DNA of 63,973 nucleotides, filler included, from Reclinomonas americana ATCC 50394 (GCA_048213135.1; 18 parts of 18 records of this genome joined end to end with filler, not necessarily neighbours in it), one strand, 5' to 3'; shown: positions 1 through 13,324, counted from the first letter of the whole stretch. The notes: generated by a model from the sequence alone, not told the origin. Translations and numbers: made by a program.

Positions 1-22
1 TCTCTCTCTCTCTCTCGTCTTC

Positions 23-74
<52 letters not shown>

Positions 75-129
75 CTCCTCTCTCTCTCTCTCTCTCTCGT
101 CGTCTCGTCTCTCGTCTCTCGTCCTCCTC

Positions 130-225
<96 letters not shown>

Positions 226-244
226 TCTCTCTCTCTCTCTCTCT
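1..244. repeat. (CT)n microsatellite with short (CA)n at the contig start
   Basis: Near-pure TC dinucleotide run, directly visible. Confidence 0.95.
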
Positions 245-600
245 GCCCGTTCCCTTCCTGCGCGTTTCTGCTTGTTTCCTCTTCATCCTTTTCTCTCTGC
301 TTTCCTCACTCTTCGCTTCCTCTCCCCGTCCATTCTGTGTTGCCTCTCAGTGCTTCCTCTTTAACCCCTCTGTTCACTCCTTGTGTCGTCTTAATCCCTT
401 ACTTTTCCTCTCCTGATCATGTCTCGCAGTCTGTCTTCCACTCGCTCTCTCTCTCTCCCTGCGTCTCGGTTGCTTGCTAATCACTCATCCTCTCCCTATA
501 CACTCCTTCGTCCTCCACGTTCTTCCTCAGTCTTCGCAGTCGTCCTCCTTCTCATTCTCCTCCCACTCTTCCCCTCACCTCCCGCTCCCCCATCTGGCAG

Positions 601-1389
601 CTTCTGGCCATCGCATGGCCACTCTCTCGAGTCCGCGACCGCCGCTTGAGCAGCGCACATTTCGACGAGGCCGAGGAAGAAACTGCGCTGCGCGACGCAC
701 TCTCCTCGTCGACTCCGCACGATATGACGCGGCCGTCCACGGCCAGGGGCAGGCACTCGTCGGCACCGCTGTTGGTGGCCTCGCCGCCCTCCACGGTGTT
801 TGAGCGCTTCGTGTGGATCCTGTTTGAGACGTCACTGGTGGCGGCGGTGTTTTTGTGCATTGTATTCTGGGCGCTCTTGTATGACCCGGAGGAGGATGGC
901 TGGGTGAGTGGCTGGTTGGGCGGAAGTGTGCGTGCAGTCGACTCATTGTGGTGTGCAGGTCAACTGGCAAGTGCATTTTGCAAACGGGATCTTGGTGCGT
1001 TGTGGGAAGCGAGTGCGCGTATTATGCGAATGCGGTTTTTCATTGGTCTTGCGCAGTGCTTGGCGGAGGTTGCACTGGGCAAACTCAAGCTGCCAGTTGG
1101 GCATGTCATTTTTGTGAGCACATGTTGCGTTGCGGAGTTGGGGAGAGAGAAAGAAGCACAGAAGAACCTGAGAGTGAGAGGGAATGAGAGGAAGAAAGAG
1201 AGAAAATAGCAAGCGAGCAACGCAGTGCGGGAAGCAGCGACACAGGGAACCTCGAGCGAGGTACACTGCGTGTGATGTTCCGACATTTTTCTGCTCTCTC
1301 TTGCTTTCTTCTTCTTCGTCTTCTTCCTCTTGTTCTTCTTGTTCTTCTTGTTCTTCTCATTGTTCTTCTTGTTCTTCTCATTGTTCTTC

Positions 1390-1421
<32 letters not shown>

Positions 1422-2046
1422 CATCATCATCTTCTTCTTCTTCGTCTTCTTCTTCTTTGTTGTTCCTTTTCTTCTTCTTCTTCTTCTTCTTCTTCTTCAT
1501 CTTCTTCTTCTTCTCTCTCTCTTTCACTCCCTCTTCTTTCTTTTGTCGCGCTCTGCAGCTGGAGACCGAGAAGCCAAAGAATCGTACCTGAAAGACAGAC
1601 GACAGAGTCGCGGAAAAAAGGCGAGAGCACAGCGACTGTGAGAAAGAGAACACATCGAAAGCACTCTCCTTTGTTATTTGACTCTCTCTCTCTCTCTCTC
1701 TCTCCACCCCCTCACACAGACTCGGTGACCTACCTCATCTGCATCCTCATCTGGCGCTTCTCCTCGCCAACCGCCTTCTGGCCATACCCATTCCTCGACA
1801 CAAGTCAGGTGAGTGCGTCCTTTTCCCCTCCACTCCCCTCCTCCACCATCTCATTCCCCGCCGCAGGCCATCGCCCCGGCCTACTACATTGGCATTCCTA
1901 TCTTCCTCTTCATCCTCTACCTGCTGGTGCACTTGCTGGTGCGGCTGCGCGACTGGTTCTTCGAGAGACGGCGAAGCGCCAAGACGTCGCACAAGATACT
2001 GAAATCGGACGCGCTGCCCGACGACACGCCTGGCGACGAGGTGTAA
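601..2046 (+). CDS. Multi-pass membrane protein, rolling stone (Rost)/FAR-17a-AIG1-like; 5' part not resolved
   Basis: Spliced exons give ...FERFVWILFETSLVAAVFLCIVFWALLY..., VNWQVHFANGIL, CLAEVALGKLKLPVGHVIF, SVTYLICILIW...WPYPFLD and AYYIGIPIFLFILYLLVHLL, ending TAA at 2046. The W..L..(Y/F)W, H.N and YPFLD pattern resembles this family. Confidence 0.7.
1300..1530. repeat. (CTT)n/(GTT)n simple-repeat tract inside a ~600 nt intron
   Basis: Trinucleotide runs between the exon ending ~1113 and the exon starting ~1720. Confidence 0.85.
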
Positions 2047-2243
2047 TGAAGCGATTCTAACCGTGTCCTTTTTCATTCTATCTGGCCTTGATGGCGCCGA
2101 CCAGCTTTGCCCATCGCATGCCGGCCACCTGCAGATCCTCTGCTTCCCACGAGCACTCCCAGTGCGCCGAGCACACACCACGCTCATTCTGCACCACGTG
2201 CTGCACCTCCCACGTCCACTCGCCGAACTCGTCGGCACTGCAT

Positions 2244-5200
2244 TCAATCAAACGCAGTGAGTAACTCTGTGAAGAAAAAGGCAACCTCTCGTGACTGTGT
2301 GTGCGTGCGCGCACGCAACATGCTCATGCCGGCCTGCTCCACCGTGCGCATCGACTCCACGTCCACGCGAATCGGCGATGCAGGCGCACAGGCCACGCCA
2401 GAGCGGTGGACCTGCTGCACCCACTCCACCAGCGACGGCGGCTGCAAGAAATCGCCACCGCGGCGGTGATGGTGGTCGTCGATTGGCTGCCACTGGCACT
2501 CAAGCGTGGGCGGCAACTCCAGCGTGCCTGTCGGCTCATGCTCCACGACGGCCACCATGCGCACCAAGCGCAACACACTCGGCAGAACGGTCACGGACAC
2601 GCACAGCTCTCCATCGCCATCTGAGACAACGACACGCAATCGCTGCGATCCGCGCTCGTGGTCAACGAGAACAAGTTCCGTAAGGCGCCGCCGACGGCCT
2701 CCCTCGACATGCGCACCGCCTGCCACGGCCGCGCCCACGATGCGACGCACGTCACTGAAAGACAGGCAGCGCTGAAACATAGACGACAGCGATTCCCACA
2801 GCGGCACTGGCGGAGGCGGAGGTGGTCGTGGCGCTCTTGCTCCTTCTGCTGCCGCTGCGGATGCCTCTCCAGTCTCCTCACCCACCGCCTCTTCCTCCTG
2901 ATCCTGATCCTCCTCCTCCTCCTCCTCCATTTCCTCTTCCTCTTCCTCTTCCTCCTCTTCCTCGACTTCTTCTTCCTCCTCCTCTGGCTCCTCTTGATCC
3001 TCCTCTTCCTCGAACGAGTCACCCTCGCTGTCGCTGGCAAGCGCGTCAAATCGCGAGCTCATCTGGAGACGCTTTGTGCGCCGACTGCTTGCCGCTGCAC
3101 CACCCGCCTCCGTCGTCTCCACCGCCGGCAACGCAAACAGCGATGCGGCCTCGGCTTGCCGATCCACGCCCACGAAGCGAGCCGGCACTCCGACAAAGGC
3201 CAGGCGACCCACACGGACCAACCAGCGACCGTCACCGCTGCCATCATGGAAGAGCGCCTGCACTGCGCCTGCCACCGACATGTGCACCATGGTGGCTGCA
3301 ACAGACGACGACATCGGCAGGGGCACTGCATGAGGGAGAGCGGCCACCAGCGCAAAGTGCAGTTGCCGCTCCAGTGCCGCCGACCGACTCCGATGGCGTT
3401 GCATCATGTTGGGCTCTCGGCGACCGCGATCACCATGCCCGCCGCTTGCTCCCCTGCCACCACGACCGCGATCACCACCTCTTCCTGCTCCTCCACCTCC
3501 ACCTCTGCCGCCACCGCCACGTCCGTACGCCTGTCCGAAACGATCACCACCGCGGCCTCCGCGACCACCGTACGCACCACCACCAGCACCACCAACCATT
3601 GCCTGCTCCTCACTCATTCCTGCTCGTTGCTGCTTGGCGGCCGCCACGCTCGACAAGTACGTGTTGTGCGTCTTGCGTGTGTTGCCTTTTTTCGAAAACA
3701 TGCGATGGCCCTTCTCGTCGCGTCGAACCTGCTTCTTGTCGCGGGACGTGTGCTTTCCGTGCGATTTCGTGGACGACGACGCGGAAGACGATGTGGATCG
3801 CTTGTCACCGTTGCCACCACCAGCATCATCATCGTCGTCGTCACCGCCCTTGCCACCACGCTGCCGCTGCTGCAGACGCTTCTCCTTTTCTTGCTGCTTG
3901 CGCTGTTGCTGCGTTGGTCCTCGTGATGACTGCGATGGTGGTGGTGGTGGTGCTGCGGACCGCGCGGCCGATGGTGCGGCAGGCGGCGTCGGCGGCATCA
4001 ATTGTGGCGACTGTGGGGCCACGGGGAGAGACGGCGCGCGCTGGCCCACACACTCCACAGTCGCGGTAGAAATGGCACGGAAGAACACGGCAGCAGTTGG
4101 GGAGCCTGCGAGTGGCACTTGTTGGCATTTTGTGCGGAAGGGAGACAAGGGATGACTCAACAACGTACCTGGCAGGAAGCAGTGCTCGACATGGGGCTTG
4201 GTGGGAGCCCAGCCGGCAGACTGGTGTCGCAGGAAGCGCGATTGGGACGATTGAATGGCCGACACGGCACGCATGAGCTGAAGACGAGCAGCGGAAAAGT
4301 TAGATCGAAGGTCAAAGAGTGGCAACACGAAGCAATCGACGGCGAACCTGCGCTGGACCGCCGGTCAGTTGCACCGAGCCCTCAGCAATGTGCACATGGC
4401 AGCCGGTTTCCTCCTCCAGCAGCGCCACCTGTTTGCCACCGGCGCCAATCAGCATGCCGGTACTGCCGGGGAGCGTGGTCAAGTTGAGAGTCTTGCACAA
4501 GTGGGTGTGCTCGTACTTGGCCAGGCGAGCGGACATGTTTTTGATTTGCTGTTCGTCGAGAACACACTAAGGACAAGGAGAACACGCATGTATAGCAAGC
4601 GGGCAACTCACCTTGTCCAGGCGGCTGTCCCACGTAGCCGGATCCAAGAAGCGTCCACGCTGACCGGATCGCATTGTCGACACCTGCCAATGGCGGCACT
4701 TTAGCACGAGGAACACAACACGGTGAAGCAACTGACTGCATACGCACCGTGCACAAGAACGCCACCGGGTGCTCGGTGTGCGTGCTCATCCACCACCGCA
4801 AATCATCGTTGCCAACCGGATTCCATCGGTTCACGTGCAGCGGAACCAAGCAGTTGAGCAGCGCCAAGACCAACACCACAAGCAGGCCTTGGGGAGTGGT
4901 CGACCCATCGCCCGAGCGCATCTCACGAAGTGGTGTGCACAACCGAGCAAGAATCCACTCGCTCAGCACCTGCACTCGGCCGTCGATGGCACCCGCCAGC
5001 AGCGCACCGTCCTCGTGGAGTCGCATCTCAACGCTGCGCTCGGCCAGCATGCCGCTGCTCAGCACGCATGTGGTGAGGATGGTGATGCGCGTCACAGAGG
5101 TGGCATCCGCCGACTCCAGGAGATGATTGAAGCGGTCGCAGATGGCATTGACGAGGCGGTCGGCAAAGATGGGCGCGTACTGTCGACACAAGAGAGAAGC

Positions 5201-7961
5201 AATGAGACGCGAGGCGATTGACACGGAGAGAGCGCCAGCTTCTCAATCACACCTTGAACACGTAATTCGGTGCGTTCTCCACGCCGTCGAGCAAGCGGCC
5301 AATCAGCAGCGCGTCAGTGAGATCTGCGAGTGATCGCACAATGAGCCAAGTAGAGAGGGTGGGGCTGCAATATCACATTTGCCAAACCTCTCTCAGCGCG
5401 CTCCACCAGCGTCTGGCACAGAGCAGACTGACATTCGGCAGAGTCGGCAGGCATGCGATCGAGGAGCGCCAGCATATCACCGACTTTTGTGCCGACAGCC
5501 TTGTACCGCAGCTGCCTCACAATGCTGTGCAGTATTGAGCGGCGGAAGGAGAAGAAGGAAGAAGAGAGAGGGACGAGTACCTTTCCATGTGCACGCGCAC
5601 ATATCGCGGCATATCAGCGCGCTCGTGCTGCAACCGGTCGACCTCCTCAAACGCGAACTGCTCTCGCTGCTCATCCTCCGTGTCGGCCGGCGCCAGCAGA
5701 TGGCCAAATGCAGTCAGCTCCTCCGGCGACAGCTTGCGGTGTGTGTCGGGGCGGAAGAGTGCAGACAGAATCGACACATTGTCTGCCTCTTCGTCCAGCT
5801 GAGGTCGGCTTTTGGTGTGCAGCTGACTGTCGTCATCCACCACAATCGACGAGCCGTCGAGGAAGTGACATGTGATGCCTGTGAGCACGAGATGAGAGAG
5901 GGGACAGTAAAGAGAGAACGGAGAATTCACAGAGCAGGAGGCGTCGAATGAAGACGGAAGAATACTTGGAACGCAACTGGGATACTCCGTGACATCCACG
6001 CGGGTGACGGTGGCGCACAGCATTCGCACGCTGCGTAACAACCGCCCCGACTCCACATTCCACACGCACAGCTGGCCAGTGGTGGTGGCAGCAACGACCA
6101 CGTGAGCTGTGCACCAATAACGAGTCACGAAGCATGAAGCAAATTCAAATAGGGAATGGGAGCTCACTGCTCACCATCTTCAGCAAACGCGAGAGCAGAA
6201 ACCATGCCGGCAGACAGCACCTCCGTCGTGTCAGCGTCGATACTCAGCGACACACTGTGTAGGGCAGCAAGGTCAGGCGGCAGCTCACAATCTCTTCCCG
6301 CATCACTGACTCAACGGTGGGATCTCCAACACCAGCGGCTCGAGCAATCCCGAGTCGCTCAAGTCAGGCGCCAGCCGTGCAACCACCACGCAATCGGAGC
6401 CAAATGCCACCATGTGCCCGTCAATCGCCGCCACGTGGATCGCCAGCTCCGACACAGCGTGCAAGTAGCCGACTGACAGAAGCTGCATCTCCAAGTCGCC
6501 CAAGTGGAGAATGCTGCGCGCACATTCTGTGAGTTGCGACGTACATGATTGGCATCAGAAGTGGAAGGAACGCAACTTGGCGGTGCCGTCGTCGAATCCC
6601 AACGCCAGCAGCGGCCATTGGATGTCCACGGCGGTGACTTCGGCAGCGCAGCGGACTGAGTGTTCTTGTGGACCGCCTGTGAAGAGGGAAGGGGGTGAGG
6701 GAAAGGGGAAGGAAGGAGGAGGAGGACGAAGAGGAGGAGGAGGAGGAGGAGGAGGAGGAGGAGGAGGAGAGAGGAGGAGGAGGAGGAGGGGAGGGCAAGA
6801 GAGCGCCAAGATCAAGGGACAAGGGGCAAAGTGCTGACGGAGAGGAAGAGAATGGAAAGGGGAGAAGAGGACGGAGGCGATGGCGAGGAAGAGAAGAAAC
6901 GAGAGAGAAAGCGAGAAGGAAAGCAAGAACAAGAAGAAGAAACACAAGAAGAACAAGAACAGAATGATGAGGAATAAGGAGAACAAGAACAACGGGAGAA
7001 GAAGAAGAAGCATAGAAGAGGAGGAGAAGGAGCAGGAGAGGAGGAGGAGGAGGAGGAGGAGGAGGAGGAGGAGAAGAAGAAGAAAAATAAGAGGAAGAAG
7101 AAGAAACGAGAGAGAAAGAGAGAGAAACAGGAAGAGCGAGATGACCAACACAAAACAAGAACGAGCAAGAGCGAGATGACCAACACAAAACAAGAACGAG
7201 CAAGAGCGAGAACAAGAACAAAACAAGAACAAGAACAGCGGGAAGAAGAAGAAGAGTGAAAACACAGCAGTACGTCGACACCCCCACACATCCTTCCTCC
7301 ACCGCCCAGATATCACCACACAGTCACCTCCCTCTCCCCCTTCCTCACCTCGATTACTCTTCTTGGTCTTCACCCTGCCCAACACCGGATACTTGGCCAA
7401 CACCCACTGCGTGAGACTCCCATTGTCGCGCAGCACCTGAGGCGCCCGACACACCGCCACCACCGACTGCCACGCAGCAGCAGCACCTCTGCTTGCCTCC
7501 ACCACTGCACACTCCGCTCCTTGCCTCCTCCGCAGCACCACAGTCTGCGTGGGAATGCATGCATCTGGGCGCATAAATAGCTCCAGCGTGCGAGCTGCGT
7601 TGCGTGCGGGCCCGAGCGCGACAGTGAGCGCACAGGCAGTGCTCAATGCGCATGCACAGTGGGCGGCATTGTCGGGAAGAGAGCGCGAGGAGAGGGTGAG
7701 AGAGGGGAGTGCTTCTCCACTGGACCAGTGCTCGAGCAGGCGCGTCCATGTGTGGGTGGCGCGTGAGGAGGAGGCGTTCCAGGCGCGGTTGACTAGGCGC
7801 AGAGAGAGGAGCTATATTTGAGAGTGTCAATGTGTGTCAGGGAGAGTGTGTGTGCTGTGGGCGCACTCAACATCGTTGAGGCAGTGTTCGCTGAAGAGCA
7901 GCACGTGGTCAATGAGCTCCGGAGGGAGCAGGAAGGGTGAGGGTTCCTGCTCACTGCTCAT
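2244..7961 (-). CDS. Large F-box protein with WD40-like repeats, a KH domain, and RGG-rich and acidic C-terminal regions
   Basis: ATG at 7961: MSSEQEPSPFLLPPELIDHVLLFSEHCLND|LLSLRLVNRAW (F-box consensus). WD-like segments AEVTAVDIQWPLLALGFDDGTA and ATTTGQLCVWNVESGRLLRS. KH segment GMLIGAGGKQVALLEEETGCHVHI (~4350-4470). RGG repeats at ~3430-3590, poly-E at ~2880-3010, TGA at 2244. Confidence 0.75.
6680..7350. repeat. Purine-rich low-complexity intron ((GAG)n, (GAA)n) containing a 35-bp direct repeat
   Basis: GAGCGAGATGACCAACACAAAACAAGAACGAGCAA occurs twice (7134-7168, 7169-7203) with a partial third copy. Confidence 0.8.
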
Positions 7962-8000
7962 TCGATCGAGAAAGACTACCGTACTGAGGACAAGTCCTGA

Positions 8001-8046
8001 AGACCTTTGCGTGAAGTTCCTGCAGACCTTTGCGTGAAGTTCCTGC
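8001..8046. repeat. Perfect 23-bp tandem duplication just upstream of the F-box gene start
   Basis: AGACCTTTGCGTGAAGTTCCTGC x2 (8001-8023, 8024-8046), ~40 nt upstream of the minus-strand ATG at 7961. Confidence 0.95.
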
Positions 8047-8247
8047 GACTGTCTTCACGCAGGCATACTTGTGATCATTGTAGACCTCCTACGAGGGCCA
8101 CGGGCCGTGGATAGAACGTCGAGGGTCAAGCATAGAGGCTACAGAACGCATTGCAGAAGCTCTGACCAACAACAAGTGTCAAACAACGTAACAGCCAAGC
8201 GTAGTCGCTCTTCCCCCTCTCGCGCTCTTGCTTGCGTTTGTGCGTTT

Positions 8248-11200
8248 TCACTCACACGTTATCTCCAATCGCCTTCTGTCGTACTCAAACACAATATCGA
8301 GGCTGACGTAGGGTGCACCCGATGCGTCCACTGCATCGTGGTGCACTCGAACGAGTGCGTCGAGGTTGTCGTCGTAGGTGAAGCCGGGCTCGGCGAGGAA
8401 TTGTAATTCGTGCAGCACCGGGTCGCGTGTGCGTGGTGCCAGAAGCGAGAGTCGAGGGTTGGTTGCTCGTGAGTTGATCTGCGCGAGGAGGTAGAGGGAG
8501 AGAGAAGGAGAGGGAGAAAAGAGAGAAATGGGAGACAGAGATGAGTGTCCAGCAGGGAGATGGTACCGCGCCTGCCTTCTCAAACCTCGACATAGTCGTG
8601 CACGCGGGCCACGAGTGATTGCAAGCGAGAAGGCAAAAGAGAGTGCACATTGTCTTGTCGACGCCGCACCATCTCCCCGAATGGCATCCGCGAACCGGTG
8701 ACAGTCGATCCCCGGCCTGTGCACCAAAAGCATGTCAACAACGGGCGGAACATGTCGTGGGGGCCGCCGCCCGAAACCAACCATTGCTCTCTTCCGTCAC
8801 GCCGTGAGCATTGTGCATTTGCATGCGCAGAGTGAACTGCGTGGCCGAAGCACGAGGAGTCGCTGTTGTTGCTGCGGCGGGTGGCTTCGTGAACAGCAGC
8901 TTCACCACGGGATCCTGTCGTGCAAGGGCAGCAGCGGCGGCGGCGGCGGCGGTGGCAGCTGCCGAGGACGACGTCGTGCGCTGATTACGCTCCTGTGGCG
9001 GAGCATACATCATAACCGTCTCCAACTTGTCGCCAACCGGAGGCGGCTGCTTGTCGTGCTTGGGGCGAGCGGCAGCTTGCCCATTCGCCGCCGCGCCATC
9101 GCTGCCACCCCAGCCGCCATTTTCCTCTCCTTCATCGTCATCGTCGTCATCGTCGTCTCTATCAACATCCATGACGACGTCTCCATTGGCGGCGCCGTTG
9201 GCGTGTTGTGCGCGAAGAGCAGAATTCATCTTCCTCCGCAACCACAGACGACCGCGATCGGCGACGCGAATCGCAATCACTGCGCACCGCGGTGAGGGAC
9301 CAAAAAAAGATGAAAGACTGCGCATCGACAACATTCACGCAACGTGACAGCCGGAGGCAGGCGATTGCCCACGCAGGCTCATCTGAATCACTGCCGGCCG
9401 GTCCGTCCACAAATGCGACATATTCAAAGCATTGCAGCGACATGTCTGCCAGTCGTGGGTGCGAGGCGCCGACGGTGTAATTGAGCTTGGTCTGGAGTGA
9501 CAGCTGCTCAAAAAGGAGAGGTCAGCGAAAGCACACAAAAGCATGGCAATCTTCTTTGGATGACCGACCTGCTTGCGTGGCCGTACAGGGACCGCCAGTG
9601 GCAAGATGAGCGACCGATCATGTTGTTCCGTGCGATCCGCCATCTCGGCATCGTCGTCCGTGTCGACGGGAGCGTGAGTGACACCGACGTGATCTGCTGG
9701 GGACGGGAGGATAAGGACGAGGTACACAGAAGGCGGGGAGAGGGAGAGGAGAAAATGAGCACATAGGGTGCAATATGGCGAGAAAGAGAGAGAGAGAGAG
9801 AGAGAGANNNNNNNNNNNNNNNNNNNNNNNNNNNNNNNNNNNNNNNNNNNNTTAATTAATTAANNNNNNNNNNNNNNNNNNNNNNNNNNNNNNNNNNNNN
9901 NNNNNNNGGGGAAGATGGAAGGGGAAGACCAAGGGGGAAGACGAAGGGGAAGGAAAAGGAGGAAGGAGAAGGGGAGGGAGAAGGGGAGGGGAGAAGAAGG
10001 ATGGAAGAAGGAAGCGAAGAAGGAAGCAAAGGGGGGAAGCAAAGGGGGGCGAAGGGGGAAGCAAAGGGGGAAGCAAAGGGGGGAAGCAAAGGGGGAAGAG
10101 TAAAGGGGGAAGAGCAAAGGGGGAAGAGCGAGCGAAGGGGGAAGAGCGAAGGGGGAAGGCGAAGAGGGAACCGATGGGGGATGGCGAAGCGTGAGAAAGG
10201 AGGAGAAAGGGGGAAGGGCAACGCGATATGATAAGGAAAGCGATAACCATGCAAACAATCATGGGAAAGGAATCACGGGCGATGAGACAAACCTTCATTG
10301 GCCGGCCGTTTCTGCGGAGACGGTGAAGGAAGGGTGAGCGATCAGATGGAGAGGTAAAAGAAGAATGAGGGGGAGAGAGAGAGACAAAACTCGAGATAGA
10401 GATGGTATTGATTGCCCACCACCGACACACCTTTTCCTGCCGCTCACTCTCCGAGGCAACTGGCTTCACGGGGGCCACATTGGTGTTGGGCGGGATCAAC
10501 CGTGTTTCCAGATCGAACAGCACTACAACACACGCAGTCGAGTCACAACTCACAATCCGCTTTGTGTGGCACGCTCTCAAAACACCCACACCTTCCAGAT
10601 CACGCAGTCCGCTGAATACGAGATTGACCAGCTTGGGCGGCAGGAAGCGCACCAAGGAGAACACATCAAAGAAGAATGCCTACGCCAAGACACCGTCAGC
10701 CGAGGTGGAGCAAGACAGAGACCGCACAGATACGCACATGTTTGGTGCGATAGAAATCCTCCTCGAGGCGCGCAGACAGGCGACTGATTGGAATCACATA
10801 CGCCATGAGCTTGGGGTCCTACATCGCCAGTGAGTAGGGATGCAAAACGAACTCACCCCACGAACACAGCAACGCAACTTTGCATTCTCGCTGTTCGGCC
10901 AACTTCTCCGTCAAATCCAGCACGCCGGCCAGCTGCGGGTTGCGGTACCACGACCAAATCACTCGCAGTGCTTGATTCCTCTCGGCTGCGACAAGCGCGT
11001 GTGAGCGCACCGCATGCTCGCGGAACCACAGCGAAGCGCAACACACCTGGCGAACAGAATGGCGTCGGCTTTGGGTACTCGAAGCCACCCTTGCCTTTCT
11101 TGGCCAGGATCAGCTCCCACCAGTGCACAGTGTCGGGTTCCGGGGACGTGGTGCTGCATGACGACGGTGAGCAACGCGTGCACAGCAACATGTACGGATG

Positions 11201-11573
11201 ACAGGACGCAACAACTTGACTGTCGTGCTGTGGCAGTGCTTCGCCTCCGGTGTGGTGTTGGCCAAGATGGTGCACGCGGCGGCGACAATATTACCTTCTT
11301 CCACGAATTCGACACCCGCTCGTGCATTGACGCCGAATCGGTGTTGTTGGAAGACTGCATGGAGGGAGAGAAAGGGGAAGGGAGAGGGAGAATGAGAGGG
11401 AGGGAGGGAAAGGGAGTGGTGGGTGAGGAATGCAGAGGGAGAGGGAGCGCGAGGAAGAGCGAGAGAGAAAGGGGGAGGGGGATCGGGAGAGGGATCGGGA
11501 GAAGGAAAGGGGGAGAGAAGAGACAAACGGACATACTGGCACGCTAGAGAAGACAAGATGCAAGCAGACGCAG

Positions 11574-11627
<54 letters not shown>

Positions 11628-11763
11628 AGAAGAGAGAGAGAGACGACGAGTAGTAGAGACGACNNNNNNNNNNNNNNNNNNNNNNNNNNNNNNNNNNNNN
11701 NNNNNNNTTAATTAATTAANNNNNNNNNNNNNNNNNNNNNNNNNNNNNNNNNNNNNNNNNNNN

Positions 11764-11816
<53 letters not shown>

Positions 11817-12380
11817 GAGAGAGAGAGAACGGCCAGGGTAATTGAAGCGCAACAATTGACGTAGGGATTGAGCGGGATGATGAACTGCGGCTGTGGATCC
11901 AAGTCGATGAAGAACACTCGAAAGTCGCCAGCTTCCGGTTTGCGGATCGGGTACGAGATGTGACCGAGGAAGTTTTCCTGCGCGGCATGACTTGCGTGAT
12001 CAGAGGAGGAGAGGACCGTGGCCAAGACAACAGTCGCAACGTTGTAAGCGAGTGGGAGGCAGCTCAACTCGACCGCCACCGCGGGGTTCAGTGCTCTCCG
12101 ATTGACGGGTGAGAGGGTGAGAACCTGTGAGAGGAAGCCGGACTGTGCGTCGCCCGAGTATTCGATTTGAATGACCTGCAGAGAGAAGGATGTGAGAAAA
12201 GAAGATGTGAAGGTGACAACTCAAATCACAAACCTCGCACTCGAGGGGCATGTGGTCGCTCGACAAGGGGTTGCGGGCAAACGGGAGGTTCAGCAGCGAA
12301 GCCGGGCATTCGGCGTAGGCGCGCCATCCTCCTATGGCCTCGGCGTGGCAGTCGTAGTAGTAGAGGACGCGCTCGCCTTT
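8248..12380 (-). CDS. BRWD/PHIP-like protein fragment (degenerate bromodomain-like region) with a long C-terminal extension; spans two scaffold gaps
   Basis: KGERVLYYYDCHAEAI and DFRVFFIDLDPQPQFIIPL resemble PHIP GDEVYYFRQGHEAY and FTMKYHDMPDVIDFLVL. YVIPISRLSARLEEDFYRTKHAFFFDV resembles a bromodomain C-terminal half. Exon phases match across the 9808-9907 gap (...KRPANE G|CA...), and the chain ends LEITCE* at 8248. Confidence 0.5.
9808..9907. other. Artificial scaffold/contig linker (first of 17)
   Basis: N44-TTAATTAATTAA-N44 (stops in all six frames). Others start at 11664, 13133, 21761, 24630, 29411, 32630, 35327, 37392, 38840, 44220, 50751, 52639, 56323, 59321, 61383 and 62689. Confidence 0.99.
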
Positions 12381-13033
12381 CTGAATGGGGGAAAGAGGGG
12401 GTGGAGGGGTGAGAGAGGCGGACAACGGGCATGGGAGGAGTACAGGGGAGGAGAGAGAAGGTGGAGGGAAAAGGCAAAGAGATAAAGAGGAGGGGAAGGG
12501 GAATGGGAGCAGAGGTAACAAACGCTGCAATGCAGCACGTGAGGGGAAGCGAGGCAAGGGACAGCGACGCAAAGAAAGAGAGTGCAAGAGAGGGCGAGAG
12601 TTGAAGAGCTGCACAAGGTGACAAGTGAAACTGGGGAGGATGTGGTGATGGAAGGCAACGAACGGAGAGACGAAGAATGAGAAGAGGGGGAGAGGTTACG
12701 AGGAGACAAGAAGCGAAGCACTGACGCTGTGGCAAGAGGAATCCGACGGGTGGCAAGCTGAACAACGGGCGATGATAGGGCTCCAATGCGGGACAACGGA
12801 AGGTGAGAGAAAGCAGCAAGCAATGAACGGGTCGAGATAAATTGGAAGCATCATGCATGAATTGCCAGAGACAAGTGCACGACGGTGAGAGAATATGCGC
12901 ACACACACCCGAGAGCACAACTCAGCGAATGCGTGTGAGAGAGCGAGAGAAAGAGAGAGAAGGAGAGAGAGAGAGACAAGTCAAGCATGAATCATCAGAC
13001 GATCACCAAATGCACTCAACAGCGCGCAAACGG

Positions 13034-13075
<42 letters not shown>

Positions 13076-13244
13076 GGAGAGAGGAGGAGGGGAGGAGAGG
13101 ACGACGCCCTCGCGACATAGGCAATCAGAGAANNNNNNNNNNNNNNNNNNNNNNNNNNNNNNNNNNNNNNNNNNNNTTAATTAATTAANNNNNNNNNNNN
13201 NNNNNNNNNNNNNNNNNNNNNNNNNNNNNNNNACTCTCACACTC

Positions 13245-13324
<80 letters not shown>

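Noticed and set aside
1184..2060. Poly-Leu/Phe/Ser ORFs that look like transmembrane proteins (also 6421-7646 and 44895-45695)
   Set aside because: Translations of trinucleotide repeats in introns or on the antisense strand of polyQ coding sequence.
2658..4155. Long plus-strand ORFs (422, 415 and 249 aa)
   Set aside because: Antisense shadows of the GC-rich, low-complexity last exon of the F-box/KH gene, with no recognisable domains.
8735..9480. Polo-box-like resemblance in the minus-strand exons
   Set aside because: Similarity is too weak, and exon phases suggest the region is the tail of the BRWD-like gene.
12381..12800. Upstream segment ...VGFLLPQ that would join KGERVLYY (PHIP-like PQ.GD.V.Y) through a non-GT donor
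   Set aside because: No in-phase GT or GC donor could be placed. A missed micro-exon or sequence error is as likely, so I make no non-canonical claim.
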